DNA of 59,334 nucleotides, the filler included, from Myxococcota bacterium (GTDB taxonomy: Bacteria > Myxococcota > Myxococcia > Myxococcales > Myxococcaceae): the NCBI GenBank assembly GCA_049322255.1. It is 9 parts of 9 records of this genome, joined end to end, with 100 filler letters (N's around TTAATTAATTAA, not from the genome) between each part and the next. Parts side by side here need not be neighbours in the genome. Positions count along the whole stretch, not along the records: positions 46,801 to 53,054 come from JBMORE010000173.1; positions 53,155 to 59,334 come from JBMORE010000175.1; 7 more parts are not named here. One strand, 5' to 3'. Position 1 is the first letter of the stretch, and each line of letters begins with the position of its first letter. Below are positions 47,054 through 57,627 of the stretch, in pieces. A program made the translations under genes and the position numbers. The notes beneath the pieces were generated by a model, which had not been told where the DNA came from, did no database searches, and worked only from the letters and a program-made list of their open reading frames with translations.

Positions 47054-47974
47054 TCATTTCCAAAGATTTGGATCTACGGTGGCTTTCTTCACGGTGGTTT
47101 TTAGACCTACCTCGTGAACATCCCCGCCCTCGAGGCCGCCGACGGTGACGGCTTTGATATCGACCTGGTTCTTGCCTTCGTTCAGCTTCATTTCGCGCGA
47201 GAAGTTTCCGTTCTCATCGACGTGCACCACGCCTCCGGCGATCTGTACCTGGGCGCCGACCTCGACTCTGCCCGCCACCTGAATGGTGCGGGTGCGCACG
47301 ACGCCGGAGGGCATCTCCACCTTGAGAAGCAAGCTCGAGGGAATGGGTGCCGGATCAGTCGGCGCTTGTCCCGGCCGCACCACCGATTGCTGTCCGGCGC
47401 GGACGATCACGACCTTGCCGCTGCCCAGAAATTCGACTTCGCCCTCGCGCGTGCCCACTGCCACCGTCCCCGCGCCGTTGCTGGAAATGGCGAAAGTACC
47501 CGCCTGAGTACGAGCCACCGCGTCGGTGTCTTTGGCGCGCACTTCGAAGGTGTGCTTGGTCCCGCCTTTCACCTTGGCGGTGGCCATACCGTTGGCGAGA
47601 AGGAGCTTGGAGATGGACGCCGAGAGCTCGGAGACGGAGATTTCGGTGCCGGGCTCCATCTTCACCTCGTACGACTCGCCTCCCACGAGCACCGCGTAGC
47701 TGCCGTCCGAGGTGCGTACCCCGTCAGAGGGGTCGAGCACGTCGCCCTCCTTGGCCACCGCCCACCCGCCGTCCCCCTTCTTGAGCAGCACCTCCCCCTC
47801 GACCTTGGCCAGCCGAAGCTCGACGGCTTGGGCCACGGGCGGAGGCGCCACGACAAGAGGTGTGGCCGGGGGCTCACCGAGCAGGAAGAAGTACCCCACG
47901 GGGAGCGCCAGCACGATGAGGCCCACCACGAGATAGAAGGGCCAGGCCTTCTTCTGTTTTCGGAGCTTCGCCAT
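47054..47974 (-). CDS. FecR-domain membrane-anchored protein with C-terminal Ig-like domain
   Basis: ATG at 47974 overlapping the upstream stop; one TM; D.V.T...S.A, GT.F, V...EG.V, V.AGQ FecR motifs. Confidence 0.85.
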   Translation of the reverse strand: MAKLRKQKKAWPFYLVVGLIVLALPVGYFFLLGEPPATPLVVAPPPVAQAVELRLAKVEGEVLLKKGDGGWAVAKEGDVLDPSDGVRTSDGSYAVLVGGESYEVKMEPGTEISVSELSASISKLLLANGMATAKVKGGTKHTFEVRAKDTDAVARTQAGTFAISSNGAGTVAVGTREGEVEFLGSGKVVIVRAGQQSVVRPGQAPTDPAPIPSSLLLKVEMPSGVVRTRTIQVAGRVEVGAQVQIAGGVVHVDENGNFSREMKLNEGKNQVDIKAVTVGGLEGGDVHEVGLKTTVKKATVDPNLWK

Positions 47975-49887
47975 CACCCGATGATTCCCACGCCTTGTCC
48001 CCCGACGCGAGTCGGCGGCGGCGCTTTGTCGTCCCCTGCGCGCGCCACGTCTCTTTTGGGCAGGAGCACGGTGACGCTGGTCCCCTTGCCTACCTCGGTC
48101 GCGACGTCGATGCGGCCCTGGTGCTCCTTGACCACTTGGTAGGCCACCGACAGCCCCAGGCCGACGTTCGACCAGACGTCTTTGGTGGTGAAGAACGGCT
48201 CGAAGACGCGCGGCAGGTGCTCGGGGCGAATGCCTTTGCCGGTATCGCGCACCTCGAGCTGGGCTTGATCCCCGCTCTCCCGGGTGAGGACGCTGAGGGT
48301 CTTCCCTTCGGTCTTGAGCATCGCGGTGCGAGCGTTGGTGAGCAGCGCCGATACGACCTGCGCCAGCTGCCCGGGGTCTGCCTCGACGAGGAGCGCACCG
48401 GTGTGAAGCGTGAGCACGACACAGACCCCGTCCCCCGAGTTCTGCCCCTGGTGGGTGGACACCGCGTCGCGCACCACGGCATTCAAGTCGATCGGGCGCC
48501 GCTCGTGCCTGCCCTGGCTCTGGGCGAAGCGCAAAAGGTTCTGGGTGATTTCTTTGCAGCGCTTGGCGCTCTGCTCGATTTTTTTCAGCGTCTCGAAGTC
48601 GGGGTCGGCCTCGGCCCGGTCGAGCATGAGCAGCTGGGTGTTGCCCAGAATGCCGCACAGGGGGTTGTTGATCTCATGCGCCACCCCGGCCCCGAGCTGG
48701 CCGACGGCGGCGAGCTTTTGCGCCTCCACCAGCTTCTCCTGCGCGGCGCGCAGATCGGCGGTGGCTTCTTCGACCTTCTGGCGCAGCTCGTCATTCCAGC
48801 GGGACAGCTTGACGCGCGAGGTCTCCAGCTCGGCGCCCATGCGGTTGAAGGTTTCGGACAGCTCGGAGAGCTCGTCGCCGCCGTCGACCGGCACGCGGTG
48901 GGCCAGGTTTCCCCGGGAAAAGGCCTCGGCTCCCTGAGCGACCGCGGCAAGGCGGCGGGAGAGGCGCTGGGTGAAGGCGAAGCCGAGCAGGAGAAGAATC
49001 GCCAGCGCCCCTCCGATGGAAAAAAGCACCGTGCGTCGAAGCTGACGCACGGGAGCGAGGGCGGTGTGCTCGTCGATCGAGGCGACCGCGAACAGCCCCA
49101 GCTGCTCGGGCACATGGGCCGCGGAGACGAGCATGGGTCCATCGCGGCGGGCGGCGAAGCTGGTCGCCCCCGACAAGCCTTGTTGCACCTTGTGCCACAA
49201 CGTGGGCTCGAGGGCGGTCAACCGGCGCGCGGCCAGCGAGCTGACGACGATGCGGCCTCCTCCGTCGACGAGGTCGAGGCGACCAGTGGGGCCGGTGCGT
49301 TGAAGGAGTGTCGATTCGAGCGAGCCTAAGCCCAGCTCGACGAGGGCGAAGGGGGCTTCGCCGCCGTCGGCGAGCTTGATGGCCAAAGCCACCGCCGCCA
49401 TCTGCCCTCGCACGTGCGCGTAGGCCGGGGAGATCGCCACCTGGCCTTTGTGGCCGTGGGCCAGGGGGCCGAGCGGAACCGCGGTGCGCAGCTTGGGCAA
49501 GGCTTCGATGGCGAAGCCTGGGTGGCCGTCGCTGCCGTCGGGGACGAAGACGGGCTCCACCCGAGCGCTGCCCGCCGCCAAAGGCTCGAAGGCCACCGCG
49601 GCCACCAGCGGCGATTGTTGGTAGAGCAGCGACAACCCCCCACGCAGCTCCTCCGGGTTGGCGCGCGACCAGTCGAGCGCGTCGGCGGAGCGGGCGAGCG
49701 CGTTGATCGCTGCCATCAGCTGCGCCCCCACCGCGTCCGCCGCGGCGACTGCCAAGGCGCGCTGCTCGGAGCCAATGCGCCGCGACAGCTCGCGCTCGCT
49801 TTGGCGCAAGAGCCAAAAGCCCACCACCGCCAGCGGCAGCACCGTGGCCGCGAGCATGAAGAGCACCAGCTTGTGGTAGAGCCGCAT
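47974..49887 (-). CDS. Sensor histidine kinase (periplasmic Cache-like, HAMP, HisKA, HATPase_c)
   Basis: Two TMs; DELSELSETFNRM (HAMP); GVAHEINNPL; DTGKGI; FEPFFTTK; GLGL. Confidence 0.94.
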   Translation of the reverse strand: MRLYHKLVLFMLAATVLPLAVVGFWLLRQSERELSRRIGSEQRALAVAAADAVGAQLMAAINALARSADALDWSRANPEELRGGLSLLYQQSPLVAAVAFEPLAAGSARVEPVFVPDGSDGHPGFAIEALPKLRTAVPLGPLAHGHKGQVAISPAYAHVRGQMAAVALAIKLADGGEAPFALVELGLGSLESTLLQRTGPTGRLDLVDGGGRIVVSSLAARRLTALEPTLWHKVQQGLSGATSFAARRDGPMLVSAAHVPEQLGLFAVASIDEHTALAPVRQLRRTVLFSIGGALAILLLLGFAFTQRLSRRLAAVAQGAEAFSRGNLAHRVPVDGGDELSELSETFNRMGAELETSRVKLSRWNDELRQKVEEATADLRAAQEKLVEAQKLAAVGQLGAGVAHEINNPLCGILGNTQLLMLDRAEADPDFETLKKIEQSAKRCKEITQNLLRFAQSQGRHERRPIDLNAVVRDAVSTHQGQNSGDGVCVVLTLHTGALLVEADPGQLAQVVSALLTNARTAMLKTEGKTLSVLTRESGDQAQLEVRDTGKGIRPEHLPRVFEPFFTTKDVWSNVGLGLSVAYQVVKEHQGRIDVATEVGKGTSVTVLLPKRDVARAGDDKAPPPTRVGGQGVGIIG

Positions 49888-49972
49888 CGCCTTTGAGCGA
49901 GCGTACCGCCCCATGCTCCTTCCCGGTAGCTGGCCCGCTTCAAGCCTCACCGGTGGGCAGGCAAGCTCGCGG

Positions 49973-52900
49973 TCATCCTGCGGCTGAGCGCACCGGCAGC
50001 TCGCGATCGCTGCGCAGGTAAACCGAGCCAGAAATGGCTTTGGCCCTCTTCTTCATGTCCGCGGCGCGGCGCGCGAGCTCCGCGTGGTCGAACGAGACCC
50101 CGTCGCACAGCACGGCGACGATTGACACGCTCATCACCGGGAAGCGGCGCTTCTCGCCGAAGCGGTCTTCGGCCTCGATGTAGCCGCGCTCGCGATCCGG
50201 TCGGTCGTAGTACAAGGGAATGATGCGATCGAAGGCCTCGATCACCCGGCGGCAGACGGCGTCGACGCTGGAGACCTCGGTGACGAACACGAAGTCGTCT
50301 CCTGCGACGTGCCCGAGGAAGTCGCCTCTCTTCCCCTCCTGTCCGATGATTTCGCGCAGAATGTCACCGGTCTGCTTCACCACCCCGTCGGCTTTGGCGA
50401 AGCCGTAGTAGTCGTTGTAGGCCTTCAGGTTGTCGAGGTCCAAGTAGCAGAAGGCGAACGGCGCGCGCTCATGCAGCCGCCGTTGCACCTCCTTTTCGAT
50501 CGCCGTCGAGCCGGGCAGCCGGGTGGTGGGCGAGGCGGAAAGCTCGAGGCTCTTGCGCCGCATGACCGACTCGACCCGCGCGCCCAGCTCCAGCGCGTCG
50601 AACGGCTTGGTCAAGTAGTCGTCTCCCCCCAGCTTGAGCGCCCGCACCTTGGAGGACGTTTCGGTGCGGGCCGAGATGAAGATCACCGACAGGTGGCTGG
50701 AGGCGCGCTCGGCCTTCAGCTCCTCCATGAACGAAAAACCGTCGCCGTCGGGCAGAACCACGTCGAGGAGCAGCACGTCAGGCCGGTGCAGCCGCATCGA
50801 CTCGCGCGCCGCCTCCAAGGTCGCCACCGCTTGGGCCTCGAAGCCCAAGTTGACCAACACCTCGAGACAGATGGCGCACACCTTTTCGTCGTCGTCCACC
50901 ACCAACACCCGGCCTTGGTGACGCCCGCGGCCGCGGGAAAGCGAATCGACGGTGGAGAGCAGCGTGTCCGCGTGCAGTGGCTTTTGTAAAAAGGCGCTCG
51001 CCCCCTGGCGGAAGGCCCGCTCCCGCTCGTCGTAGGCCGAGAGGACCAACAAGGGAGCGTTCCTCGTCTCCGGATCGTGACGAAAAATCTCCCCCAGCGA
51101 CAAGCCGTCGATGTCCGGCAAGCGAATGTCGAGGGTGATGAGGTTGGGCCGATGCTTGCGGCCCAGGGTGAGCGCCTCTTCGGCGCTGGTGGCGAGCAAG
51201 ACCCGGTACTGCCGCGCCAGGAGCATCGCCTTGAGCACGTAGGCAATCTCCGGCTCGTCCTCCACCACCAGCACGGTGCCGCGCGAGGCAGCCGCCGACG
51301 GTTTGGCGAGCTCGACGCCCTCGGACTTGAGCAGCTCGGCGGCAGGCTCGATCGGCAACACCACGACGAAGCGCGCGCCGTTGGCGACCGGTTCTGCCCA
51401 GATTTTTCCTCCGTGCGCCTCGACGATGCTGCGGCAAATAGCCAACCCCAGGCCGGTACCCTGCACCGCGCGGGTGCGGGTGGTGCGCGCCTGCTCGAAA
51501 CGGTCGAAGATGCGCTCGAGATCGACCTCGGCGATGGGCTCCCCGCTGTTCCAGAAGGTCACGGTGGCGTACCCGGGGGTGGTGGGGCACTCGCGCAGCT
51601 CGGCGCGCACCGCCCCGCCCTCGGGAGTGAACTTCACCGCGTTGGTGAGCAGGTTGTTGAGCACCTGCCCCAGGCGGTTGGGGTCGGCGAGGACCCGAAT
51701 CGACGAGGCGGGCAAGTCGCTTTTCACCTCGATTCGCTTTTCCTGCAACGCGGGCCCGTAACGCTCGATGGCGCGGCTCACCACCTCGTCGAGGCGGGTG
51801 AGCTCGAAGTTCATCCGCATGCGGCCTTTGGCCAGCTTCGAGAGGTCGAGCAGGTCATCGACGATGGCGTTGAGCTTCTCCGTCGACTCCTTGGCCATGT
51901 CCAAAAACCGCTGCTGCTTCTCGTTGATGTCTCCCGCCAGGTGATTGAGCACCAGATCGAGCGCGCCGCTGATCGAGGTGAGCGGCGTACGCAGCTCGTG
52001 GCTGATCATCGACACGAACTCTTCTTTTCGCTCCTCGAGCTGCTTCTGCTCGGTGATGTCGCGCAAGACCACCACCACGCCCTTCAACGCGCCCGCGGCG
52101 TCGGACACCGGGGAGACGGTGGAGTGGACCGCGCGATCGAAGAGCTTGAGCTCCTCGCGCAAGACTTGGGCGCCGCCGTATTCCCAGCCGCGCACCAGCT
52201 CGAAGGGGTAGAAGCCCAGGGTCTCTTGCAGGTGCCGCGCGGTGAGCTCGCGCGCATCGTCGCTCAAGTGCAACAGGGCGCGCGCCGCGGGGTTGATGAG
52301 GACGATCTCGTTTTTCTCGTTGGTGAGGAGCACGCCGTCGGCCATCGACTCGACCATGCGCTCCATTCTCTGCAGGGCTTCATCCTCGGCGGCGCGCAGA
52401 GTCTGAATGGCGTCGGTGGTTTGGTTGGCGAGCGCGTCGAGCAGCTCTCCGTCTTCGGCGTTGTACGCGCCCGGCTGCAAGGAGAAGAGCGAGAGCGTGC
52501 CCACGGTGCGGCCGCCAGCGACCAATGTCACGAAGAGCTGGCTGGGGAAGGCCACGGCGCCCGTCCCTTCGGGGGCGGAGTTGCCGCTCACCCGGGTGAT
52601 GACCCGGTCCTCGGGGAGCAGCAGGCCCGACGAGCTTCGGTGCGCGGAGAGCACCGTGTCTTTCACCCACAGCAGGCCCTTGTCGCTCACCGGCGCGTGG
52701 CAACGCAGCCGTAAGGACGCTGCGCGGGTCTCGTTCACCGCGACGAGCGCGGCGCCACAGTCGTAGGGCAGCACCCGTTCCACCGCCGAGAGCACGCGGT
52801 CGATGATCGCGTCGTAGGTGGGTGCGTCGCCGACGCTTTGCTGGCTCACCTCGTAGAGAATCGACAGCGCCTCCACGCGCTTGCGCAGCTGTTGCACGAG

Positions 52901-53054
52901 CCGATCTTTGTCCCGGCGCAGCTGGGTGTACTCGAGCGCGTTCTTGACGGTGATGATGAGGTCGTGCACCTCCCACGGCTTGGTGACGTAGCGGTAGACC
53001 TGGCCCCGGTTGATGGCGGCGATCAGGTCTTCCGGCTCGGTGTACCCGGTGAGG
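49973..53054 (-). CDS. Hybrid kinase REC-GAF-PAS-HisKA-HATPase-REC-REC-GGDEF(AGDDF), TmoK-like architecture; 5' truncated
   Basis: The frame continues to the contig edge (LTGY...YVTKPW, end of a REC). SHELRTPL; two further REC domains; YLDLDNLKAYND...GHVAGDDF. Confidence 0.9.
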
Positions 53055-53154
53055 NNNNNNNNNNNNNNNNNNNNNNNNNNNNNNNNNNNNNNNNNNNNTT
53101 AATTAATTAANNNNNNNNNNNNNNNNNNNNNNNNNNNNNNNNNNNNNNNNNNNN
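53055..53154. other. Artificial contig spacer
   Basis: N44-TTAATTAATTAA-N44. Confidence 0.99.
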
Positions 53155-53270
53155 CGGGACAGCAGTCTGCCGAGGCTTGGTCATGACCCACAGCCAAACC
53201 GAAGTGCGTGTCCCCCCACAACTTCAGCGTTCGGTATTGCTAACGAGATCGATCACTTATCGTGCGCTCG

Positions 53271-53290
53271 CCCTGCCCCAAAGGAGAGGG
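53271..53290 (+). repeat. Degenerate partial REP-like palindrome, copy 4
   Basis: ccctgccccaaaggagaggg just past a gene stop; hairpin half only. Confidence 0.4.
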
Positions 53291-53293
53291 AGC

Positions 53294-54466
53294 TTACGGA
53301 AAGAGAATGCCGCCGGGGCTCTTCTCCGGCGGGCCCTCTCCCGGAGGTGGCAGCTGCCCCGTCTGCGCCAGGTGCGACAACAAAACCACCTTCTCGAAGA
53401 GCGCCTCGGCGAAGCGGCTCTCTCCGACCCCGTGGAACAGCCGCCTGGCCTCGGCGCGCGCGGTCTGGGCCTTGTCGGTGCGGCCGGTGTGCTCGAACAC
53501 CTCGGCCATCGCCCACAGCCGCCGGGCGTAGAGCTGTTTCATCGGCACGGTGAAGAACTCTCGCGCCGTGGCGCGCATCTTCTGGAGCGCCTGCTCGTCT
53601 TTTTGCGCCGCGGAGAGCGTCAGGGGGCTGGCCTCCAAATCCTCCAGGCGCTGTGCGAGCAAGCGCAGCTGGGCTTCAGGAGGAAGCCAAGGCCGCACCT
53701 CGGGCTCGTCGTGGAGCAGGTGCGCGTGAGCGGCCTGCCGTTCGTCGTCCGGCTCGGGAGAGGGCAGCGGCGGCGGCGTGGCGAGGGAGGGCTCGACGCC
53801 GAGGTGCCGCAAGGCGTCGCCCGCGCCGGGAGGCAAAGGGGACGTCGAGGTTTGGTTGAGCGCCGCCGCGTCAGAGAGCAGCGCGCGGGCCCGCGACAGC
53901 GGAATTTGGAGGAAGGGCACCTTGCCCTCGCGAAGCTCCTTGAGCTGCCGGCGGTACCCGGCGCGGCCGACTTCACCGGCGTCGAGTTGGAGCAGACCCA
54001 CTTCGTCGGAGAGAACGCACTGTATCGTCTCCAGCCCGCCTCCCCGCAAAGGCCGCACCACCACCAGCGCCCGTTCGCCCGTGCCGGTCACCGGGGAGAG
54101 CAGACAGGGTAGCTCCTCGGCCGCCTCCGGCGAAGGAGAGGTGGACGTGGACGCGCGAGGGGCCGGGGGGAGCGCAACGCCCATCGACTTGAGCTGGTAG
54201 AGGGCCTTCTTCGCCGCCTTGGCCAGCGCCTTGTGAGGGGAGGTGGAGAGCGCGAGGGGCAGCTCCAGATGCCTTCTTTGGACCGTGCTCTCGAGCACCG
54301 CCAACGCCAAAGGCTCGGGCAGTGCCTCCACCTCGGTCGCGGGTGGCGCCGAAAGGTCGAGGAGCGTGCGTGCCTTTTGGGCATCGGCGGGGACCAGCTC
54401 GGGCGGCAGGGCTTCTTTCGAGCGCAACGCCTCGAGCAGCCTCTTCGGTTCCATCGAAGGCTTCAT
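53294..54466 (-). CDS. Hypothetical helical protein
   Basis: 390-aa ORF with AGAAGG RBS and host-like codon bias; KAAKKALYQLKS.G and S.V.G.G.R motifs; no function recognised. Confidence 0.75.
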   Translation of the reverse strand: MKPSMEPKRLLEALRSKEALPPELVPADAQKARTLLDLSAPPATEVEALPEPLALAVLESTVQRRHLELPLALSTSPHKALAKAAKKALYQLKSMGVALPPAPRASTSTSPSPEAAEELPCLLSPVTGTGERALVVVRPLRGGGLETIQCVLSDEVGLLQLDAGEVGRAGYRRQLKELREGKVPFLQIPLSRARALLSDAAALNQTSTSPLPPGAGDALRHLGVEPSLATPPPLPSPEPDDERQAAHAHLLHDEPEVRPWLPPEAQLRLLAQRLEDLEASPLTLSAAQKDEQALQKMRATAREFFTVPMKQLYARRLWAMAEVFEHTGRTDKAQTARAEARRLFHGVGESRFAEALFEKVVLLSHLAQTGQLPPPGEGPPEKSPGGILFP

Positions 54467-54508
54467 GGAGACGCCTTCTAACCGAAGTTGGATCTAGAAT
54501 CGCCGGCC

Positions 54509-55402
54509 ATGGAGCTCACAGCGTTGTGCGTCGGGCAGGCATCGGTCGATTGGGTGGGGGCGGTGCCCCGGCTTTCGGGGTGGACAGGCGACCGGCAGGA
54601 GCTTTCGGCCTTCACCCTTCAAGGCGGAGGAGGCGCGGCCAACGTGGCGGCGACGCTGGCCCGGCTGGGCGGCAAGGTTCGCTTCGGAGGAAAGCTGCCC
54701 GATGACTACTTGGGCAGCTTCGCCGCCGACAGTCTGGCCGAGGAGGGGGTCGACTTGTCGTACTTGAAGCGGCAGGTGGGCGGGGTGCCGCCGGTGTCCT
54801 TCATCGCGCTCGATGGTGAGCTGCGGCGGCGAACGGTGTTCTTCACCCGGGGCGACTGCGAAGACTTGCGCCCCTCCGATGTGTCAGCGGCGGCCCTCGA
54901 GGGCGTACGGCTGTTGTACGTGGACGGTGCATTTCCCGAAGCACAGCTTCAGCTGGTGAAGCTGGCGAGGGCCAAGGGGGTGAGAAGCTTCTTGGGGGCA
55001 CGCACGATGGGGCCGCTCGTGCGCGAGCTGGCCGCCTGCTGCGACGTGGTGGTAGCGAGCGAGGAGTTCGCGCGGGAGCTGTCTCCGATGGTGCCCCGCG
55101 CGTTGGCCGAGCTGCTTTCGCTGGGCGCGCAGGTGGCGCTGGTGACGCTGGGCGACGATGGCAGCGTGGGCCAAGAAAAGAACGGCGAGCCGGTGCGCGT
55201 CGAGGCGCATCCGACGAAGCTGGTCGACGCCACCGGAGCAGGGGACGTCTACCGGGGAGCGCTGGCCTTCGCCTGGCTCGAGGGCATGGGGCTGCGCGAG
55301 CAGATGCGCTTTGCCTCCGCCGCCGCGGCGCTCAAGTGCCAGGCGTACGGCGCGCGCGCAGGCCTCCCTACCATCGAGGCGGTGCAGGCCGCGCTCGGGT
55401 AG
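54509..55402 (+). CDS. PfkB-family carbohydrate kinase
   Basis: GGG.AANVA..LARLG, VTLG..G, VDATGAGD.Y.G. Confidence 0.93.
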   Translation: MELTALCVGQASVDWVGAVPRLSGWTGDRQELSAFTLQGGGGAANVAATLARLGGKVRFGGKLPDDYLGSFAADSLAEEGVDLSYLKRQVGGVPPVSFIALDGELRRRTVFFTRGDCEDLRPSDVSAAALEGVRLLYVDGAFPEAQLQLVKLARAKGVRSFLGARTMGPLVRELAACCDVVVASEEFARELSPMVPRALAELLSLGAQVALVTLGDDGSVGQEKNGEPVRVEAHPTKLVDATGAGDVYRGALAFAWLEGMGLREQMRFASAAAALKCQAYGARAGLPTIEAVQAALG

Positions 55403-55407
55403 GTGTT

Positions 55408-57069
55408 TCACCTTCGACGCACCAGCCAGAAGCCTCTGCTTTGGCCGGCGATGGCCAGCTCGGTGTCGAGGAGAGCTCCGAAGATGCGCGCCGGGTGCAC
55501 GCCTCGCACCAAAAAGTGGTCGTACGCCTTTCCCATGGTGGGGTAGCTGAACTGGTCGGGCCTCCACTCGGAGGGGAAGGTCGGCGGGGGCATGCCGCGG
55601 TACTCGAGCGGCGAGTGGGGAGTGAGGGCGAAGCTGAAGTTGGTGGCGCCGCCGCGCGCACGGGCAAGCACCGTCGCGGCGTGCAGGTAGACGGGGTGTC
55701 CCACCACCTGCGAGCGGGGGTCGAAGATGAGCCCCATCACCATCGGCCGCTCCGCGGTCAGCGCCGCCAGATCGTCGAGCGCACGCGCCTCTTCGTCGAA
55801 GGCAGCGAAGCCGCGCGAAAGCGGGATCGCCAGCACCACCGCCGTCGCCGCCGCGAGCACTCCCAAGAGGCGCTGCGCGCGCGCTGAAACCACCGGCACT
55901 GCGGCCAACAGGAGCGGCCAGGCCAGGTGCGCAAAGCGGGTGTTGAGGTAGTACATGTACCCGCGGATATCGAAGGGTAGGCTGAAGAAGAGGGCGAGCG
56001 CGAGCGCTGAGAGCCCCGCCATTCTCCAGTCACCGAAGAGTTTGAGGAGAGGGCGTGGACGTTGAAGGAGGGAGAACACAAAACTGCGGACGGCACGGCC
56101 TACCATCCTCCACCGCTCGACGAGCTCTTTGAGGCCCTCGTTGCGGTCTTGGGGAATGCCCCAAGGAGTCAGCGCCAGCACCAAGCCCGCCGCTGCGATG
56201 GCGAGAACGGCGTAGAAGCCGTACCGGTCCGAGCCGTCGGCGAGCATGTTCGCCACCACATGGAAGAGGTCGGCGCGATTTTGCGCGAAGGTCTTGAAGG
56301 ACAGATTCTGCGCCGACAAGAGCGGGCCCCACGCCTTCCAGGGAGCGCCCGCCTCCACCTCGGTGGGTTCTCCCAGACGAAGCCCCACCCAGACCAAAAA
56401 CAGCACCACCCCGGGGACGACTCCCCAGAGCGCCCACTGACGCGCGCGCAGCCACTCGCTCCACGACTGGCCCCCGTCTTGTGGAGCACGGGTGGTGAGG
56501 AGCAAAAAAGGGAGCGCCACTCCCAGATAGGCGAAGGCCTGCACGTGGAAGAGGAGCACCGCCACCAAGCTCACCGCCAGCGCTGCGGCATGTCGACGGC
56601 GGCGAGGCTCATCCACCACGGCGCGCACGAACAGGCCCATCGTCAAAAAGGAGAGGGGCAGCGCCGAGCAGTAGTTGATGAACCCCCAGGCCAGGCTGTC
56701 GCCGTACGCGAAGGGCAAGGACAGAAGCGCGGGCCAGGTGGGGCGGCCCAGGGAGCGCAAAAGGAACGCCAAAGAGAGCGGCATTCCCACCACGTAGGCG
56801 GAAAGGAAGAGCTTGTTGGCCAGCTCCAGGGGGAAGAGCCAGCCGAGCGCGCTCACCAGGTAGTAGTAGCCCAGGTAAGGGGTGAGGGTGCCCCGTGCCT
56901 CGAACAGCTGGGGGAACAAGGTGGTCGGGTCGTCGAGCCGGTGCAGCACCGAGATGAGGTGCAGGTGCTGGGGCAGGTCGACCAGCGGCAGGTGGCGGCC
57001 CACCCACAGGGGAGCGACTCCTGCGAAAAGAGCGAGGCCGAAGCTGAGCCGGGCGGCGGAAGGGTTCAC
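55408..57069 (-). CDS. Polytopic membrane protein, possibly a GT-C-type glycosyltransferase
   Basis: About 10-12 hydrophobic segments; PL.DLPQH luminal loop motif; WGF.NY; soluble C-terminal domain. Confidence 0.7.
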   Translation of the reverse strand: MNPSAARLSFGLALFAGVAPLWVGRHLPLVDLPQHLHLISVLHRLDDPTTLFPQLFEARGTLTPYLGYYYLVSALGWLFPLELANKLFLSAYVVGMPLSLAFLLRSLGRPTWPALLSLPFAYGDSLAWGFINYCSALPLSFLTMGLFVRAVVDEPRRRRHAAALAVSLVAVLLFHVQAFAYLGVALPFLLLTTRAPQDGGQSWSEWLRARQWALWGVVPGVVLFLVWVGLRLGEPTEVEAGAPWKAWGPLLSAQNLSFKTFAQNRADLFHVVANMLADGSDRYGFYAVLAIAAAGLVLALTPWGIPQDRNEGLKELVERWRMVGRAVRSFVFSLLQRPRPLLKLFGDWRMAGLSALALALFFSLPFDIRGYMYYLNTRFAHLAWPLLLAAVPVVSARAQRLLGVLAAATAVVLAIPLSRGFAAFDEEARALDDLAALTAERPMVMGLIFDPRSQVVGHPVYLHAATVLARARGGATNFSFALTPHSPLEYRGMPPPTFPSEWRPDQFSYPTMGKAYDHFLVRGVHPARIFGALLDTELAIAGQSRGFWLVRRR

Positions 57070-57182
57070 GTGAGGGCGGGCACTGTACGTCCTTTCCAGC
57101 TCGCTCCGAAGAAGGTGGGCTCTTGCTTGGCAAGGAGGCGGGAATTGAGGTACATGGCGCCCGTTTCTTTAGGAGGTACGCC

Positions 57183-57545
57183 ATGCTTCGTCCCCTCGCT
57201 ACCCTCGGCACCGCTTTGGCCGCCGCGCTCGTTCTGCTGGGCGCCGTGCCCGCGCTCGCTTGCGAAAAGGAACACGGTGCGAAAAAGGAGCAGGCCTGTT
57301 CTTGTCCGCACCACAAGGCGAAGGCCGAGCAGGCAGCGGCCGACGAGGTCGAGAGTGCGCTCTCCGCCAAGTGCTCGTGCGAAGGCACCGGCGACTGCAC
57401 CTGCAAGAAGGGCCAGTGCGAGTGCAAGAAGTGCGGCGGCCACCACCAGCGCACCGAGTTGCTCGAGCGCCTCGATGGTAAGAGCGCGCCGCTGAAGATT
57501 CCGCAGAACGCGCGCTACGACGCGACCGCGGGCGTGTTCATCTGA
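57183..57545 (+). CDS. Secreted Cys/His-rich metallothionein-like protein
   Basis: AGGAGG RBS; signal peptide ALA-C; CSCPHH and CSCEGTGDCTCKKGQCECKKCGGHH. Confidence 0.8.
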   Translation: MLRPLATLGTALAAALVLLGAVPALACEKEHGAKKEQACSCPHHKAKAEQAAADEVESALSAKCSCEGTGDCTCKKGQCECKKCGGHHQRTELLERLDGKSAPLKIPQNARYDATAGVFI

Positions 57546-57627
57546 CCGGTGGCCTCTGCATGACGCGACCTGGGTCGTGAGCATCGCCAAGCGAGTGAAG
57601 AGGCCCGAAGAAGGGTAGAGCTGCCGG

